This document shows, piece by piece, positions 62,348-64,000 of a stretch of DNA of 64,000 nt. The DNA comes from Squalus acanthias. Its lineage: Eukaryota. The notes below the pieces were generated by a model. The model saw nothing but the letters and a program-made list of their open reading frames with translations, did not search any database and was not told where the DNA came from. The translations under genes were made by a program, and so were the position numbers. Each line of letters opens with the position of its first letter. Within the stretch, counting starts at the first letter, position 1. The stretch covers positions 51,028,001 through 51,092,000 of the forward strand of contig CM059432.1 in the NCBI GenBank assembly GCA_030390025.1, given 5' to 3'.

Positions 62348-62680
62348 GGGGGAGAAATTGGCCTCCTTTGCGCCTCCCGTTAGCGCATCCGGGGGGCGAT
62401 AACGGGCGCTAAGGGCTTACCGACAGGGCGCGGCGAAATTACCGATGCCTGCGAACTTCCATAGCGGGTTAGCGCGGGTGCTAAAACTTACCATCTCGAT
62501 CTCCTGCGCCCCTGAGATCGTGACGTCATCCAGTGCGCAGCGCCCCGTTATCGCCATGGATGCAAAATTCGCTTCTGCCGCCTGCAGCATTGCCAGGCGT
62601 CAACAACGGCAGCTGCAGGAGGCGTTGTCACCTTGGCTGGCTGCTTGGGGAGCGCTAATTAAAGGCAGTGGTGGTCAGGT
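62348..62680. mobile_element. Harbinger terminal fragment related to 45081-49228 and 15146-15879
   Basis: GGGGGAGAAATT...GCGCCTCCCGTTAGCGC; preceded by TAT; runs into CR1. Confidence 0.7.
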
Positions 62681-63409
62681 AGACAAAATTAGGGCACATG
62701 GAATTGGGGGTAATATACTAGCATGGATTGAGAATTGGTTAACAGACAGAAAACAAAGAGTAGGGATAAACAGGTCTTTTTCAGGATGGCAGGCTGTGAC
62801 TAGTGGGGTACCGCAAGGATCGGTGCTTGGGCCCCAGCTATTCACAATCTATATCAATGATTTGGATGAGGGGACTAAATATAACATTTCCAAATTTGCT
62901 GATGATACAAAGCTAGGTGGCAGTATCAGTTGTGAAGAGGATGTGAAGAGGCTTCAAGAGGATCTCGACAGGTTCAGTGAGTGGGCAAGAACATGGCAGA
63001 TGGAATATAATGTGGATAAATGTGGAGTTATCCACTTTGGTAGAAAAAACAGAAAGGCAGAGTATTTCCTAAATGGTGAAAGATTGGGGAATGCAGATGT
63101 TTAAAGGGACCTGGGTGTCCTTGTACATGAGTCACTGAAAGTGAATGTGCAGGTGCAGCAAGCCATTAGGAAGGCAAATGGTATGCTGGCCTTCATTACA
63201 AGAGGATTTGAGTACAGGAGTAAAGAAGTCTTACTCCAATTATATAGGGCATTGGTGAGACCACACCTGGAGTACTGTGTACAATTTTGGTCCCCTTACC
63301 TAAGGAAGGATATACTTGCCAGAGAGGGAGTGCATCGAAGGTTCACAACATTTATTCCTGGGATGGCGGGACTGTCGTATGAGAAGAGATTGAGTAAACT
63401 AGGCCTGTA

Positions 63410-63444
63410 TTCTGACGAAAGGTCTTCGACCTGAAACGTTAACT
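63410..63444 (+). ncRNA. Minimal hammerhead ribozyme-like motif (stem I truncated)
   Basis: TT-CTGACGA-A-AGGTC(TTC)GACCT-GAAA-CG-T-T-AACT. Confidence 0.55.
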
Positions 63445-63542
63445 CTGTTTCTCTCTCCACAGATGCTGCCTGGCCTGCTGAGTTTTTCCAGCGTTTTCTG
63501 TTGTTATTTCGGATTTCCAGCATCTGCAGTATTTTGCTATTG
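63414..63542 (+). mobile_element. Penelope-type short insertion (family 2) with 14-bp TSD
   Basis: TSD TAGGCCTGTATTCT at 63400-63413 / 63543-63556, splitting CR1 LGLYS|LVFRRMRG. Confidence 0.85.
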
Positions 63543-64000
63543 TAGGCCTGTATTCTCTTGTATTCAGAAGAATGAGAGGGGATCTCATTGAAGCATACAA
63601 AATTATTACAGGGTTTGATAGGGTGGATGCTGGGAGAATGTTTCCCTTGGCTGGGGAGTCTAGAACCAGGGACCACAGCCTCAGGATAAAGGGTAGGCCA
63701 TTCAGGACTGAGATGAGAAGAAATTTCTTCACACAGAGGGTGGTGAATCTTTGGAATTCACTACCCCAGAGGGCTGTGGAGGCTCAGTCATTGGGTATAT
63801 TCGAAACAGAAGTCGATAGATTTCTGACTAGTAAGGGCATCAACGGATATGGCGATAGGGCCGATGAATGGAGTTGAGGCAGAAGATCAGCCATAATCTT
63901 ATTGAATGGCGGAGCGGGCTCGAAGGGCCGAATGGCCTACTCCTGCTCCTATTTCTTATGTTCTTATGTTCTTAAAATTTAATAACGTCCCCAGTGTGCT

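Larger units (their letters stand above)
62680..63972 (+). mobile_element. CR1 3' half
   Basis: GVPQGSVLGPQLF, KFADDTK; (TTCTTATG)n tail. Confidence 0.93.

Overview
Vertebrate genomic DNA, very probably an elasmobranch (shark or ray). This is inferred from abundant CR1 LINEs, L2, Deu-domain SINEs and Penelope-type hairpin repeats. The only recognisable host locus is a minus-strand tandem triplication of a 4-exon fatty-acid-binding protein gene (iLBP subfamily IV, FABP3/4/5/PMP2-like). Copy A (9819-8536) is intact at 133 aa. Copy B (30405-28492) is a pseudogene (ATG>ATA, Q96*). Copy C is an orphan promoter plus exon 1 (38911-38839). Most of the rest is nested transposons: about 9 PIF/Harbinger elements or fragments, about 15 CR1 pieces, RTE, L2, SINEs and two solo LTRs. 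One 4.15-kb Harbinger has intact TIRs, TSD, DDE transposase and a spliced Myb/SANT gene. Short Penelope-type insertions, two of them carrying a minimal hammerhead-ribozyme core, are also present. Coordinates were counted by hand; repeat boundaries without a TSD are approximate.
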